Both the position numbers and the translations under genes were made by a program. A stretch of 45,917 bases of DNA from an uncultured Erysipelotrichaceae bacterium (GTDB taxonomy: Bacteria > Bacillota_I > Bacilli_A > Erysipelotrichales > Erysipelotrichaceae): NCBI GenBank assembly GCA_964436975.1, contig CAYTET010000004.1, forward strand, positions 1 through 45,917, read 5' to 3'. Shown piece after piece: positions 36,957 to 45,913 of this stretch. The notes beneath the pieces were generated by a model. The model saw only the letters and a list, made by a program, of their open reading frames with translations. It had not been told where the DNA came from and made no database searches. Position 1 is the stretch's first letter. Every line of letters starts with the position of its first letter.

Positions 36957-37328
36957 TCAGTCCGTAATGCCTTTAGTCAGCGGAATCAGGGCCAGCAGAA
37001 TCACAATGCCGACAAGGCCGATGATGATTCCCTTGATCATATCGTTCCATACCATGCAGAAACACATTCCGACACCCAGCACCAGCACCCCGCCAATGCC
37101 GGCGGCAGCTGTTCCGATGGCCTTGCCGCTGATGGCGATGGGTTTCTGATGGGTCAAGCGGCGCCAGACAATATAGGTGATCACTCCGCCGGCCAGACCG
37201 ATGCAGCCAAAGATGATGCCCGGCTTGAAAGCCTGCCATTGGGGAATAAGGGCCATGCACATGCCGATAGCAAACAGCATCCCGCTGACCGTTGCCAATA
37301 CCATAGTCACAAAACTGCTCTTCTTCAT
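36957..37328 (-). CDS. Small integral membrane protein (about 4 TM), unknown function
   Basis: RBS GGGAGGAAG; highly hydrophobic 123 aa. Confidence 0.55.
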   Translation of the reverse strand: MKKSSFVTMVLATVSGMLFAIGMCMALIPQWQAFKPGIIFGCIGLAGGVITYIVWRRLTHQKPIAISGKAIGTAAAGIGGVLVLGVGMCFCMVWNDMIKGIIIGLVGIVILLALIPLTKGITD

Positions 37329-37456
37329 AATTACTTCCTCCCTTTGTTCATTATCACAACACTTGTTGTTTTAATGTGATTTCAGTATAATGGGGCTGGC
37401 CGGCTGCCGCAATCAGCAGATTAGGCCAAAGTGTTGGGTTAATGGAGGTTTAATAA

Positions 37457-37987
37457 ATGAACACCGTCAACAATAAGAGAAGAAAGGCATCCTGTCAGAA
37501 AATAGAGAAAGCCTTTATGGGCCTGCTGCAGACCGAACAGCTTGACCAGATATCAGTTTCCCGGTTGTGCCAGATCACCGGACTTAACCGGACAACCTTT
37601 TATGCCAATTATCTTGACATCTATGATCTGGCCGACAAGCTCAGAGAGCAGATGGAAGCAAACTTTCATGACCTTTACAAAGAAGAGATTACGATTGGCT
37701 TTAACAGCAATAACTATCTCAAGCTGTTTAGGAACATTTACGAAAACCAGCTCTTCTATAAAACTTACCTGAAGCTGGGCTATAACCGTCAATTCGGGCT
37801 TCTGCAATATGACACTCAGTTAGCCGAGAAGCATTTTCACGGCCGCTTCATTGAATATCACTGTGAATTCTTCCGGGCCGGGATCACCCGGATTATTGAG
37901 ATGTGGCTGGCCGGCGGCTGCCAACAGACCCCCGAGGAGATGAATGAAATCGTCGGCAGCGAGTATCAGGGCCGGACAGGAAAGTAA
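37457..37987 (+). CDS. TetR-family transcriptional regulator (DhaR-like short N-terminal HTH)
   Basis: LDQISVSRLCQITGLNRTTFYANY is a TetR-type HTH; divergent from the small membrane-protein pair. Confidence 0.75.
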   Translation: MNTVNNKRRKASCQKIEKAFMGLLQTEQLDQISVSRLCQITGLNRTTFYANYLDIYDLADKLREQMEANFHDLYKEEITIGFNSNNYLKLFRNIYENQLFYKTYLKLGYNRQFGLLQYDTQLAEKHFHGRFIEYHCEFFRAGITRIIEMWLAGGCQQTPEEMNEIVGSEYQGRTGK

Positions 37988-38113
37988 AACAACGGTAATA
38001 AGAAGTCATCCCTCTGCATTCTCGTGTCTTATATCATTGTTCCCTTCTAAAAATCCCGCCAGCCTGTGACGGGATTTTCAATTATCCTAAAGGGACATTA
38101 GGATAACAAACCG

Positions 38114-38578
38114 TTATTTCAATAGTCTGATTGAACCGATGACGGGCAGTTCCTTAGCCCGGCCGTTGGATACATTGACGATGCCGATTATCAGCAGTAC
38201 CAGAAAGGAGATACCGCACAGATAATAGGCCCAGCTGACAATCCGCCACAGCGGGCCGTAGGGCAGAATCGTCAACAGCATCCGGGCGGCAATGCTGGCT
38301 GCAATCTCGGCAGCGCACAGCATCAGTCCCTGGTTGGTATGATAGCGGGCAAACGTTGAGTTTTTCGCCGCAAACAGCGGGATTAATACCAATAAGCCCA
38401 GATAAGCTAAAACGCCCATCGTTTTATTCTGCTGAATATCAGCCTGATTGTATGACCCTGTTGTATCAGCCGTATTATTCAGGCTTTGAACCTTTGACTC
38501 CAGATCATCGGCCGCCGCCGCTTTAGCGGCAGCCACCGGGGCCCCGCAGGACGGACAGACCTTGGCGTTATCTTCCAT
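38114..38578 (-). CDS. Zinc-ribbon domain membrane protein (N-terminal CPSCG...zinc ribbon, C-terminal DUF4870-like TM domain)
   Basis: MEDNAKVCPSCGAPV then 3 TM segments. Confidence 0.6.
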   Translation of the reverse strand: MEDNAKVCPSCGAPVAAAKAAAADDLESKVQSLNNTADTTGSYNQADIQQNKTMGVLAYLGLLVLIPLFAAKNSTFARYHTNQGLMLCAAEIAASIAARMLLTILPYGPLWRIVSWAYYLCGISFLVLLIIGIVNVSNGRAKELPVIGSIRLLK

Positions 38579-38627
38579 CTGGGCGCCGCATTTTCCACAA
38601 TATGCCTTTTTTATTCCTCTTTTACCA

Positions 38628-39080
38628 CTATTCTGCCGGCAGGCTCAGACCGTCAGTTAAACTTTTAAGCTGGTCAATCAGATCCTTGAGGTTTGAAAAC
38701 TGGCCGCCGGAGATCTGGCTGAGATACTGAGAAAGCCACGGACTGGCAAAATAAGCAAGCAGGCCAATCACTACCGTCATAACAACAGCTATGAGCAGCC
38801 AGATTAAAGTAGCTTTGGCAAAATGCCGTCGATTTTCATTTTTCGACGAAAACGCCATGATTAGGCAGATCAGCCAGCCGATTACCGGAATGGAAAACAG
38901 AAACATCATTCCGAAGAATGAACCGGTACTGACCGCCGGACTGGCCGGGGCGGTTTCCCTGACGATGGTCGGAGTCGGATCAGGTGCAGCCGAAGCCGGC
39001 TGGGCTACCGGGGTGCCGCAGGCCGTGCAGAAGGCAACTCCCTGGGGCACTTCCTTGCCGCAGTTTGAACATACTGGCAT
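38628..39080 (-). CDS. Zinc-ribbon domain membrane protein
   Basis: MPVCSNCGKEVPQGVAFCTACGTPV double zinc ribbon, Pro/Ala-rich linker, 2 TM. Confidence 0.6.
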   Translation of the reverse strand: MPVCSNCGKEVPQGVAFCTACGTPVAQPASAAPDPTPTIVRETAPASPAVSTGSFFGMMFLFSIPVIGWLICLIMAFSSKNENRRHFAKATLIWLLIAVVMTVVIGLLAYFASPWLSQYLSQISGGQFSNLKDLIDQLKSLTDGLSLPAE

Positions 39081-39206
39081 AACTTTATCCTCCTTTTGGT
39101 TTTATCATGGGCCGGCTGCTGTTAAACAAAACCGGCGGGTCGTCCATTAATTTCTTATTATCAAATGAAGGCGAAACTGCTCCGGATTCGTCTTATACGC
39201 AGCAGC

Positions 39207-39791
39207 TTACCGAACAACTTCATAAGTTGAATAATCCCCACTCAGTGAAGAATTTGAGTCAATCAGACCAACCAGTTCATCATAGGTTGAATAGTCAGCC
39301 CTTGAGCCGAAAATCGAGCTCTTCATCACATAATAAAGGCTGGATAGATGGTCCCTGTCCTTAAAAGACAGATCGTCGCGGCCGCTGACATTAGCATATC
39401 CGGCATCAAAACCGGCCTGGTCGTCATAGATGTACCAGGTTTCCGAAGTGCCCAGAGCATTAGGCGTGCCGTCATCATTGAAGATTTTGAATATGATGTA
39501 GCATTCAGATGCTCCGTACAGCGGCGGGTTTTCCCCGTTGCCATTATATCTGACAACCAGATAAGCCGGCCCGGTGGTCACCCCTATTTTTTCGAGGATC
39601 TGCGCCCGGGTCAGTATCTCAGCCGGTTTATTATCATCATTGGTGCCCGTGCCGTCATTGACGGCGTCATTGGCTGATCCGTCCGCCGGCGGAATTGTGC
39701 CTGATCCGGCATTGTCACCGGTGCCGCCGCAGCCTGTCAGCATGACAGCAGCCAGGAAAAACACCACAATTAACAGTACTGTTTTCTTCAT
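39207..39791 (-). CDS. Lipoprotein, unknown function
   Basis: MKKTVLLIVVFFLAAVMLTGCGG signal peptide plus lipobox. Confidence 0.6.
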   Translation of the reverse strand: MKKTVLLIVVFFLAAVMLTGCGGTGDNAGSGTIPPADGSANDAVNDGTGTNDDNKPAEILTRAQILEKIGVTTGPAYLVVRYNGNGENPPLYGASECYIIFKIFNDDGTPNALGTSETWYIYDDQAGFDAGYANVSGRDDLSFKDRDHLSSLYYVMKSSIFGSRADYSTYDELVGLIDSNSSLSGDYSTYEVVR

Positions 39792-39830
39792 CTTAGTTTC
39801 TCCCTTAAAGCCTTGCTCCCTATGTTTACC

Positions 39831-39872
39831 AAAAAATCGCAGGCAGCTGCCGGTAAATAAAGCAGCTGCCTG
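39831..39872 (-). terminator. Rho-independent terminator of the 288-aa zinc-ribbon gene
   Basis: 11-bp perfect stem CAGGCAGCTGC / GCAGCTGCCTG followed on the minus strand by a U6 run. Confidence 0.6.
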
Positions 39873-39888
39873 GACTACTCATTTTGTC

Positions 39889-40755
39889 TTATTTGAACAG
39901 ATCAAGTATGCTGCTGGCTTTCTTGGGCTCCGGCTTGGTGTAATTAAACCCGCCGGTAGGCTCACCGATGCTGAAAAGAAACTGCGGCTGGTCATAGTCG
40001 CCGTCAAAGCAATGCTCGGTATCCAGGTGGTAGCAGACCCCGTCGGTCATCTTGTAAAGATGGCAGACATCCGGATATTCGCCGGCCTGACGGAAGCCAT
40101 TCTGAATCAGCAGCTGCCGGTATTTTTTGACTGCTTCCTTAGCTGCCCCTTCACTTTCCATCTTCACCATAAATGAAACGCCGCCATCCATTTGCTCAAT
40201 TTCATATCCGCTGCCGCCGCAGTTCCACTTTGGATAGGCTGCCAAATACTTGTCCCAGCCGGCCAGCACTTCCTCATCCTTTTTCTGGGCTGCTTTTTCT
40301 TCGGCCACGGCACTGGGCAGCTTAGTTCCGCATTCGGCACAGAACTGGGTGCCGATGGAATTCTGCTTGCCGCATTTAGGACAGACTGCCCCTTCAGCTA
40401 TCGTTGAATCCGGCAGTTTGGCTCCGCATTTGGGGCAGAACTTCTTGTCGGCATCAGCCGGCTGGCCGCAGGCCGGGCAGATCTTCAGGCTCTTGCTGAC
40501 TTCCGTGGCATAGCCTTCCATTGATTTCTGCAGATTGGCAAACACGCCGGTCAGACTGCTGCCGGCTTCTTCCGAAGCAGCGCTGGCCTGGGCGTTCTGG
40601 CCTGTCATCTGCTGGGTGGCTTCATCAATTTTGGCCGCTGTTTTATTGGCATACTCTTCAGCCTTGGGGGCTACAACCTTTTCAACCGCATCACCAACCG
40701 CTTTGTTGACGCCTTCGCTGATGCCGCGTTTAATGGCTCTCTCTAAAATTCCCAT
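39889..40755 (-). CDS. Multi-zinc-ribbon protein (4 CxxCG pairs) with unknown N- and C-terminal domains
   Basis: ICPACGQPADADKKFCPKCGAKLPDSTIAEGAVCPKCGKQNSIGTQFCAECGTKLP. Confidence 0.6.
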   Translation of the reverse strand: MGILERAIKRGISEGVNKAVGDAVEKVVAPKAEEYANKTAAKIDEATQQMTGQNAQASAASEEAGSSLTGVFANLQKSMEGYATEVSKSLKICPACGQPADADKKFCPKCGAKLPDSTIAEGAVCPKCGKQNSIGTQFCAECGTKLPSAVAEEKAAQKKDEEVLAGWDKYLAAYPKWNCGGSGYEIEQMDGGVSFMVKMESEGAAKEAVKKYRQLLIQNGFRQAGEYPDVCHLYKMTDGVCYHLDTEHCFDGDYDQPQFLFSIGEPTGGFNYTKPEPKKASSILDLFK

Positions 40756-40758
40756 GCC

Positions 40759-41151
40759 CTAATCCTCCATTTTCTGGCCGCATTTAGGACAGAAGGCAAC
40801 ACCTTCGGCTACCACGGCCCCGCATCCCGGACAGACCTTGGTAGCAGCATCCGGGGCGGCCGGCTGGGCTTCTGCCGTATTATCGGCTTTGATCTTTTCA
40901 ATGTCATTCTGCGCGGCCGCCACGGCATCATAATGAGCCTTGGCGCTCTGGCACAGTTCCGCCACTTCCGGATCGGCTTTGCCGCTGGCGGCAAACAGGT
41001 CGTAATAGTGCTGGCCGATCTTTTTCAGATCTTCACCGGCCGCATTATTCTCTGAATTGATTTTGGCGGTCAGTTTTGTTGCTTCAATCGCATCATTGGT
41101 CTTTTCACCGATATTCTTTGCTACTTCATTAAGCTTGTCTAAAAATGCCAT
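40759..41151 (-). CDS. Coiled-coil protein with C-terminal double zinc ribbon
   Basis: C-terminus KVCPGCGAVVAEGVAFCPKCGQKMED; 3-nt spacing from the upstream gene. Confidence 0.6.
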   Translation of the reverse strand: MAFLDKLNEVAKNIGEKTNDAIEATKLTAKINSENNAAGEDLKKIGQHYYDLFAASGKADPEVAELCQSAKAHYDAVAAAQNDIEKIKADNTAEAQPAAPDAATKVCPGCGAVVAEGVAFCPKCGQKMED

Positions 41152-41274
41152 GTTTATGTCCCTCCTTTTATTGACACGGCTATACTGCCTTTACTGAGGC
41201 CAGCCCCGTGGCTGGCAGCACCAGACGGTTTTTCCTTTCACCATCCTCCTTTCCGCCGGTTTTCCTTAAAAACT

Positions 41275-41601
41275 TCACATCTTTATTAATTTAGCGGTGC
41301 AGCTTTTACAGGCTCCGTAGCCATCTGACAGATCAAAACAGTCATCACATATCCAGTCCCCACATTGGGGGCAGCGGTTCATGTACCGGGCCAGATACTG
41401 GACCGCTTTGGCCAGACTATGGTTATATAACCTCTGCCCCGGTCCGGATCCTGCATTCTGGATGTAGCGGTCCAACCGTTTTTTGTTTCGGCAGATTAGG
41501 GGAACACGTCCGGCGTCAAACCGCCGGCCGCATTCGGCGCATAAGGTATATAACCGCATGGCTGTTTTATCGACAAGCAGCTGTTTATACAACTGCTTCA
41601 C
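41275..41601 (-). CDS. Small Cys-rich (multiple CxxC) putative zinc-finger protein
   Basis: CAEC...CPQCGDWICDDC...CKSC; 108 aa. Confidence 0.4.
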   Translation of the reverse strand: MKQLYKQLLVDKTAMRLYTLCAECGRRFDAGRVPLICRNKKRLDRYIQNAGSGPGQRLYNHSLAKAVQYLARYMNRCPQCGDWICDDCFDLSDGYGACKSCTAKLIKM

Positions 41602-41912
41602 TGCTTAACACCATCCTGGCAGTCATAATAGCCACTCTCCTTTCCTGTTCTGACGGTGTGAATCTATAACTGTGATTGAATGAATTCAGATATTTATGCT
41701 ATTATTTTTATTATTAATGAAGATGGGCCGAGCTGATATGATTACGGACTGTTCTGCTGGCTGACTTTGTTTTTGCACCTTAATTTTTGCGTATTTAATT
41801 AATAGCAACAACTACTAACAAGGGTAGTTTTAGTTACTTAACCCTGTTAACAGTCTATTTTTCAGTCATATTCATAACTCCCCACAGCGGGCTTACGGAA
41901 AGGGAGACGGCC

Positions 41913-43319
41913 ATGGAGCAGGAACTTAAAAAAACAATCACAGCAGCTGCCCCCAAATCATTTTCGGTTCCGCTTTGGGTATTGGTTTTTATTGAGTCTT
42001 TTACCATCTGGCAGATGGGAGTTGTTTATTATTCATCAAAAGTATTTACAATCAATGGCATAACACCACTGCCGGTATCAGTTGATACCGCTGCCCTGCC
42101 GATAGCCCTTGGCTATCTGGCCGGAACGACCTTGGCCTGGGGAGCCCCCCGCCGGGTCGGTCTGTGGGGCCGGGGTCTGGCCATCATTTCACTAACCTGC
42201 ATTTTGGCAATGTTTGCTTCTCTGCCGGACAGTTTACTGGTTTTGCTATACTATTTCACCGTGTTCACCTGCGTGACTTTCATCAGTGTAGGAGCCGTTC
42301 TGGCAATCAATGTCTATTCATTAAAAACAGCACTGACGGACGGAGTTGCTGCCGCGCTGCTGTCATCACCTTTCATTGCTGCCCTGCATTATCATCCCCT
42401 GGCCCTGGATTTCAGAATCTTCAATGCCATCTCAGCCCTGATTCAGCTGCTCATCCTGATCGGCCTGTCCCAGATTCCAGTTAAAACAGACACCGTGTTC
42501 ATGCCAAAGCCGCCCCGCAGCAAAACCGGCGAAAAAAGGAAGGCTCCGGTTTTTCTGATCAGCGGCACGCTTTTAGTATTCACTATCGTCTGTCTGTGCG
42601 CCCTGTTTTCTTCTACGGCTGCGGAAAGTGTCAGAGACGGCATTTCACTTTACTATCTGACCGGCACCGGCTGGGCTGCCCTTTATGCCTGGCTGCATTT
42701 CAAGCGCCGGATCAGTCCCTTCAAGCTTTACACTATTTTCCTGGGCATTACCGCTGTCGGCTTTATTCTCTGGCTGCTGCCCTTTGATCTGATCAAACCG
42801 GTCAGTCTGGTCATGCAGTCAGCTGCCATTATTCTATGCAATCTGGCCTGGTTTATGGCCAGAGTGCTCTTTGAAAAATGGAACAGGCGCTGGGTTGCCC
42901 CGGTCTGCATCCTCATTGCCCTGATTACGGTTCTGCTGCATTCCGGCCTGCTGGAGGCCCTGCGCAGCCAGACCGCGGCTTTATATGCCATCTATGCCGG
43001 CATCACGCTGGTCCTTCTGGTGATTTACTTTGTGACCGAGCCTTATCTGCAGCACGTCTGGATCGATGCCTATAAAAATGACAATCCCCAAAGCCAAACT
43101 TTCCAGCCAGCCGCTGGCAAAGCGGCGGATCTGCTGACACGGCGGGAAAAGGAAGTGCTGCCGCTGCTTATCAGCGGCTATGACAATGCTTCAATTGCCC
43201 GGATGCTCTATATCTCTGACAACACCGTCAAATTCCACATCAAGAACATCTTCCAGAAATATGATGTTCATACCCGCTTTGAGCTGACGGCCAAAATCAA
43301 CCGGCTTGAAATCAAATAA
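41913..43319 (+). CDS. Membrane-anchored LuxR-family transcriptional regulator (multi-TM N-terminal domain plus C-terminal LuxR HTH)
   Basis: About 10 hydrophobic segments, then LTRREKEVLPLLISGYDNASIARMLYISDNTVKFHIKNIFQKYDVHTRFEL (LuxR/GerE HTH). Confidence 0.8.
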   Translation: MEQELKKTITAAAPKSFSVPLWVLVFIESFTIWQMGVVYYSSKVFTINGITPLPVSVDTAALPIALGYLAGTTLAWGAPRRVGLWGRGLAIISLTCILAMFASLPDSLLVLLYYFTVFTCVTFISVGAVLAINVYSLKTALTDGVAAALLSSPFIAALHYHPLALDFRIFNAISALIQLLILIGLSQIPVKTDTVFMPKPPRSKTGEKRKAPVFLISGTLLVFTIVCLCALFSSTAAESVRDGISLYYLTGTGWAALYAWLHFKRRISPFKLYTIFLGITAVGFILWLLPFDLIKPVSLVMQSAAIILCNLAWFMARVLFEKWNRRWVAPVCILIALITVLLHSGLLEALRSQTAALYAIYAGITLVLLVIYFVTEPYLQHVWIDAYKNDNPQSQTFQPAAGKAADLLTRREKEVLPLLISGYDNASIARMLYISDNTVKFHIKNIFQKYDVHTRFELTAKINRLEIK

Positions 43320-43464
43320 ACGTTAAATTTGAAAAACCTGCCGACATCCGCTTTATCCAGATCTTAAGTTTTATATTCGTCACGACATATTTGCCAGAAT
43401 AGACTTATCCGATAATTATCAAGTACATCAATATGCCAAACCTTATCTGACCACCACAGCGATA

Positions 43465-43500
43465 AAAAGCAGCCGCTTAAATCAACGGCTGCTTTAATTT
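43465..43500. terminator. Bidirectional terminator between the convergent LuxR and zinc-ribbon genes
   Basis: AAAAAGCAGCCG-cttaaatcaa-CGGCTGCTTT followed by TTTAATTT. Confidence 0.6.
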
Positions 43501-43527
43501 GATTAGGTTTAATGAAAACAGAAACTG

Positions 43528-43953
43528 TTATTTATTGCGGTTAACAACGCTGACGATGACAATCAGGATATAAAAAGCCCAGGCAGCAGCGATAATGGCA
43601 ATCCGCACTTCCTTCTTCATATCCGTTTTATTCTTAAGAATCAGGGTCAGCGGCAGCGGGAATATATAAATCCAGCCCAATACCCACAGCCAGGTTTTTC
43701 TCTTCTTCTTAACCGGCTGGGCAGCATATGCATAAGCGGTCTGGGCCTGGGGCTTTTCAGCTTCAGCGGCCGCTCTCTGCATTCCTTTGCCAAACTGATA
43801 GCCGGTCTCTTCCGCATTGTCATACTGAACATGCTGGACTTCATCATCGACCAGCATCACGGTTCCGCAGTACTGGCAATAGACCTGCTTTTTCTCTGAA
43901 TCAACCTGCATAGTGGCGCCGCACTTGGGGCAGACCATATTAATTAGTTTCAT
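43528..43953 (-). CDS. Zinc-ribbon domain membrane protein
   Basis: MVCPKCGATMQVDSEKKQVYCQYCG zinc ribbon plus 2 C-terminal TM. Confidence 0.6.
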   Translation of the reverse strand: MKLINMVCPKCGATMQVDSEKKQVYCQYCGTVMLVDDEVQHVQYDNAEETGYQFGKGMQRAAAEAEKPQAQTAYAYAAQPVKKKRKTWLWVLGWIYIFPLPLTLILKNKTDMKKEVRIAIIAAAWAFYILIVIVSVVNRNK

Positions 43954-44091
43954 TCTTCTTATCTCCCTGGTTCCATTATAGAACTAATTCAATCTTCTGA
44001 CACCCCGTAAAATAGTGTGATGGCCTCTAAAAAGCGTTTTATTACCGGCTGAACGACTTCTTCACAGCAGCTTTTTGCCCTAGCAGTCTGT

Positions 44092-44559
44092 TTATCTGCA
44101 AACGGCCGTATACCCATTTGTTTTATCACCGCTGATTGTAATATCGTAAGATTTACCGAAATTGGCCTGCATACAGATGGCAGCCATGGGCTTTGTGTAT
44201 TCGGCCGGATAAATGTTTTCATAATTTGGCGTAAAGTATTCGGTAATAATTGAAAACTGGATGGTCAGATTTATTGAATCAGCCGGATTGCCAAAATCTT
44301 GTTTGTCCAGCGTATATATAATCAGTTCATCATGCTTTAGCAGCGATTTATTCGCATTAGATGTCCCACCGCTGCCGCCTGATCCGTCGGCATTATAATC
44401 AACAATGAGCAGTCCGATATCTTCTTTAATATCTAACTGTATCTGCAGCTGGATTTCATCAGCAGCAGGTTCAGCTATCGTATCACCAGACCCATTGCAT
44501 CCGGACAAAGCCGCCGCCAGCAATACAGCCAGCACGATTGCTGCAATTTTCCTGTTCAT
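44092..44559 (-). CDS. Lipoprotein, unknown function (start taken at the ATG; the 44637 ORF start is a TTG with no RBS)
   Basis: MNRKIAAIVLAVLLAAALSGCNGSG signal peptide plus lipobox; AAGGAG upstream. Confidence 0.55.
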   Translation of the reverse strand: MNRKIAAIVLAVLLAAALSGCNGSGDTIAEPAADEIQLQIQLDIKEDIGLLIVDYNADGSGGSGGTSNANKSLLKHDELIIYTLDKQDFGNPADSINLTIQFSIITEYFTPNYENIYPAEYTKPMAAICMQANFGKSYDITISGDKTNGYTAVCR

Positions 44560-44991
44560 ATATTCATTAGATCTCCTTGAATTGATTATACACTGAACGT
44601 ATACCCTTTCATGACTCTCCACTGGAACTGTCGCCAACTATGAGCAAGCCGTGTCCGCAGGAGTCTTTCCATCATACTACTCTATTTGGTCCGTAGGTTA
44701 TCTTTCCGGTGAAAGAGGATGTTTCGTTCTTACCATTCCGGCACAAGCTCCGGGTGCATTAACGCTAAACTGTTGCGCATATCAAATTCTCGGCCTCCTT
44801 TGCAAACACAGTATATAGGAGATTGAAGATACATTGAAGTTTGCGAAGCTGTCTGTCGTGCCGGATAAAACAAAAAGGCCCCGAAAGATATTACTCTCTC
44901 AAGGTCTTAAAAAATGTTGTTCGAGATGCGTTCAATAAGCCAAGCGGCGTTGTATGCTCATAATCTCCGCTTTGGCGGAGATTGACTAAAG

Positions 44992-45010
44992 ACTAAAGGT
45001 GCATGGTGAA
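44992..45010. repeat. Left copy of a 19-bp imperfect inverted repeat flanking the TIGR04076-like gene
   Basis: ACTAAAGGTGCATGGTGAA; reverse complement of the right copy at 17/19 identity. Confidence 0.5.
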
Positions 45011-45013
45011 GAA

Positions 45014-45262
45014 CTATTTGATAATCTCACCATGCAGCATAACTCTGCCCTCGTCAGGGCATTTCACATCAAACATTTGGACTCTTGTGTCTCCATAATC
45101 TAACGTGGCGTCATTTAGAAGTGCATAAACCATCGGATATGCGCAATTCCATAATTCATGGCAAATCGGTGGGCAAATATCTTCCACAATAAATTCATCT
45201 CCGGCTTTACAATAGCCGCATCGGCAGTTACTTTCTATCACAGTCAGCTTGACTTTTCTCAT
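45014..45262 (-). CDS. Small Cys-rich protein resembling the TIGR04076 family
   Basis: MRKVKLTVIESNCRCGYCKAGDEFIV...CPPICHELWNCAYPMVYALLN; RBS AAAGGTGA 6 nt before the second ATG. Confidence 0.45.
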   Translation of the reverse strand: MRKVKLTVIESNCRCGYCKAGDEFIVEDICPPICHELWNCAYPMVYALLNDATLDYGDTRVQMFDVKCPDEGRVMLHGEIIK

Positions 45263-45274
45263 AGCCATTCACCT

Positions 45275-45293
45275 TTCACCATTAACCTTTAGT
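45275..45293. repeat. Right copy of the inverted repeat, overlapping the 5' UTR and RBS region of the TIGR04076-like gene
   Basis: TTCACCATTAACCTTTAGT. Confidence 0.5.
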
Positions 45294-45764
45294 CATTTCG
45301 CTCCCGCCGCAAAATATAAATACCCTTACATGGGTACGCTCTGTTATTTCAAAAACAGCGATAGCTTCACTTAGATGCTGCCGCTGTTTGCGCCGTAAAT
45401 TATGCGATTTTTTCACCTCTGCACAAATACCTACACCATTTGATGTGGATTTGATGTAAAGATGTAGTTTTCGGGATTTTACAAAGTCCGAAAACACGCA
45501 TAAACACTGAGGTTTCGGCACTTTGCTCAGTCTATCGGTTTCATTGTCGGGATGGCGCCTGTTCAAACGGCATACCCTTGTTTTGCCTGTCTTTTGCTGA
45601 CTTCGTTAATCCAAAAGGGTTTCATCGTACAGCATAGACTGGCATTTCACGGCATATCTTTTTTTTGTTTGTCGTAAGAATTGTCGTAAAAAATCGGGGT
45701 TGTTTTCATTGTAGAAAAAGAACAGTCTTTACCTGCTTTCTCGCTGCGACTTTTTGGAATCCTC

Positions 45765-45913
45765 TCGGATCACCGCATTGGCTCGGCATTCAATGGTATC
45801 TTTGATGTCGTCCATATGTCCTCCCGCACCGTGTACTCGTAGGTGTGATTGAGCACCTCTGCGGCAGGCTGGGAGAGCAGCCAGTCACGGTACTTTTCCT
45901 GTTCAGCGAACAT
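45765..45913 (-). CDS. Short ORF (48 aa) at the window edge, possibly a truncated conjugative-element / DUF3848-like N-terminal fragment
   Basis: Minus-strand ATG at 45913; MFAEQEKYRDWLLSQPAAEVLNHTYEYTVREDIW... stops after 48 codons; pattern recalled from Firmicutes mobile elements only, not verified. Confidence 0.15.

Noticed and set aside
45282-45566. 94-aa minus-strand ORF upstream of the TIGR04076-like gene
   Set aside because: No RBS, Arg/Lys/His-rich junk-like translation. The region is dense in hairpins and repeats and is better explained as non-coding.
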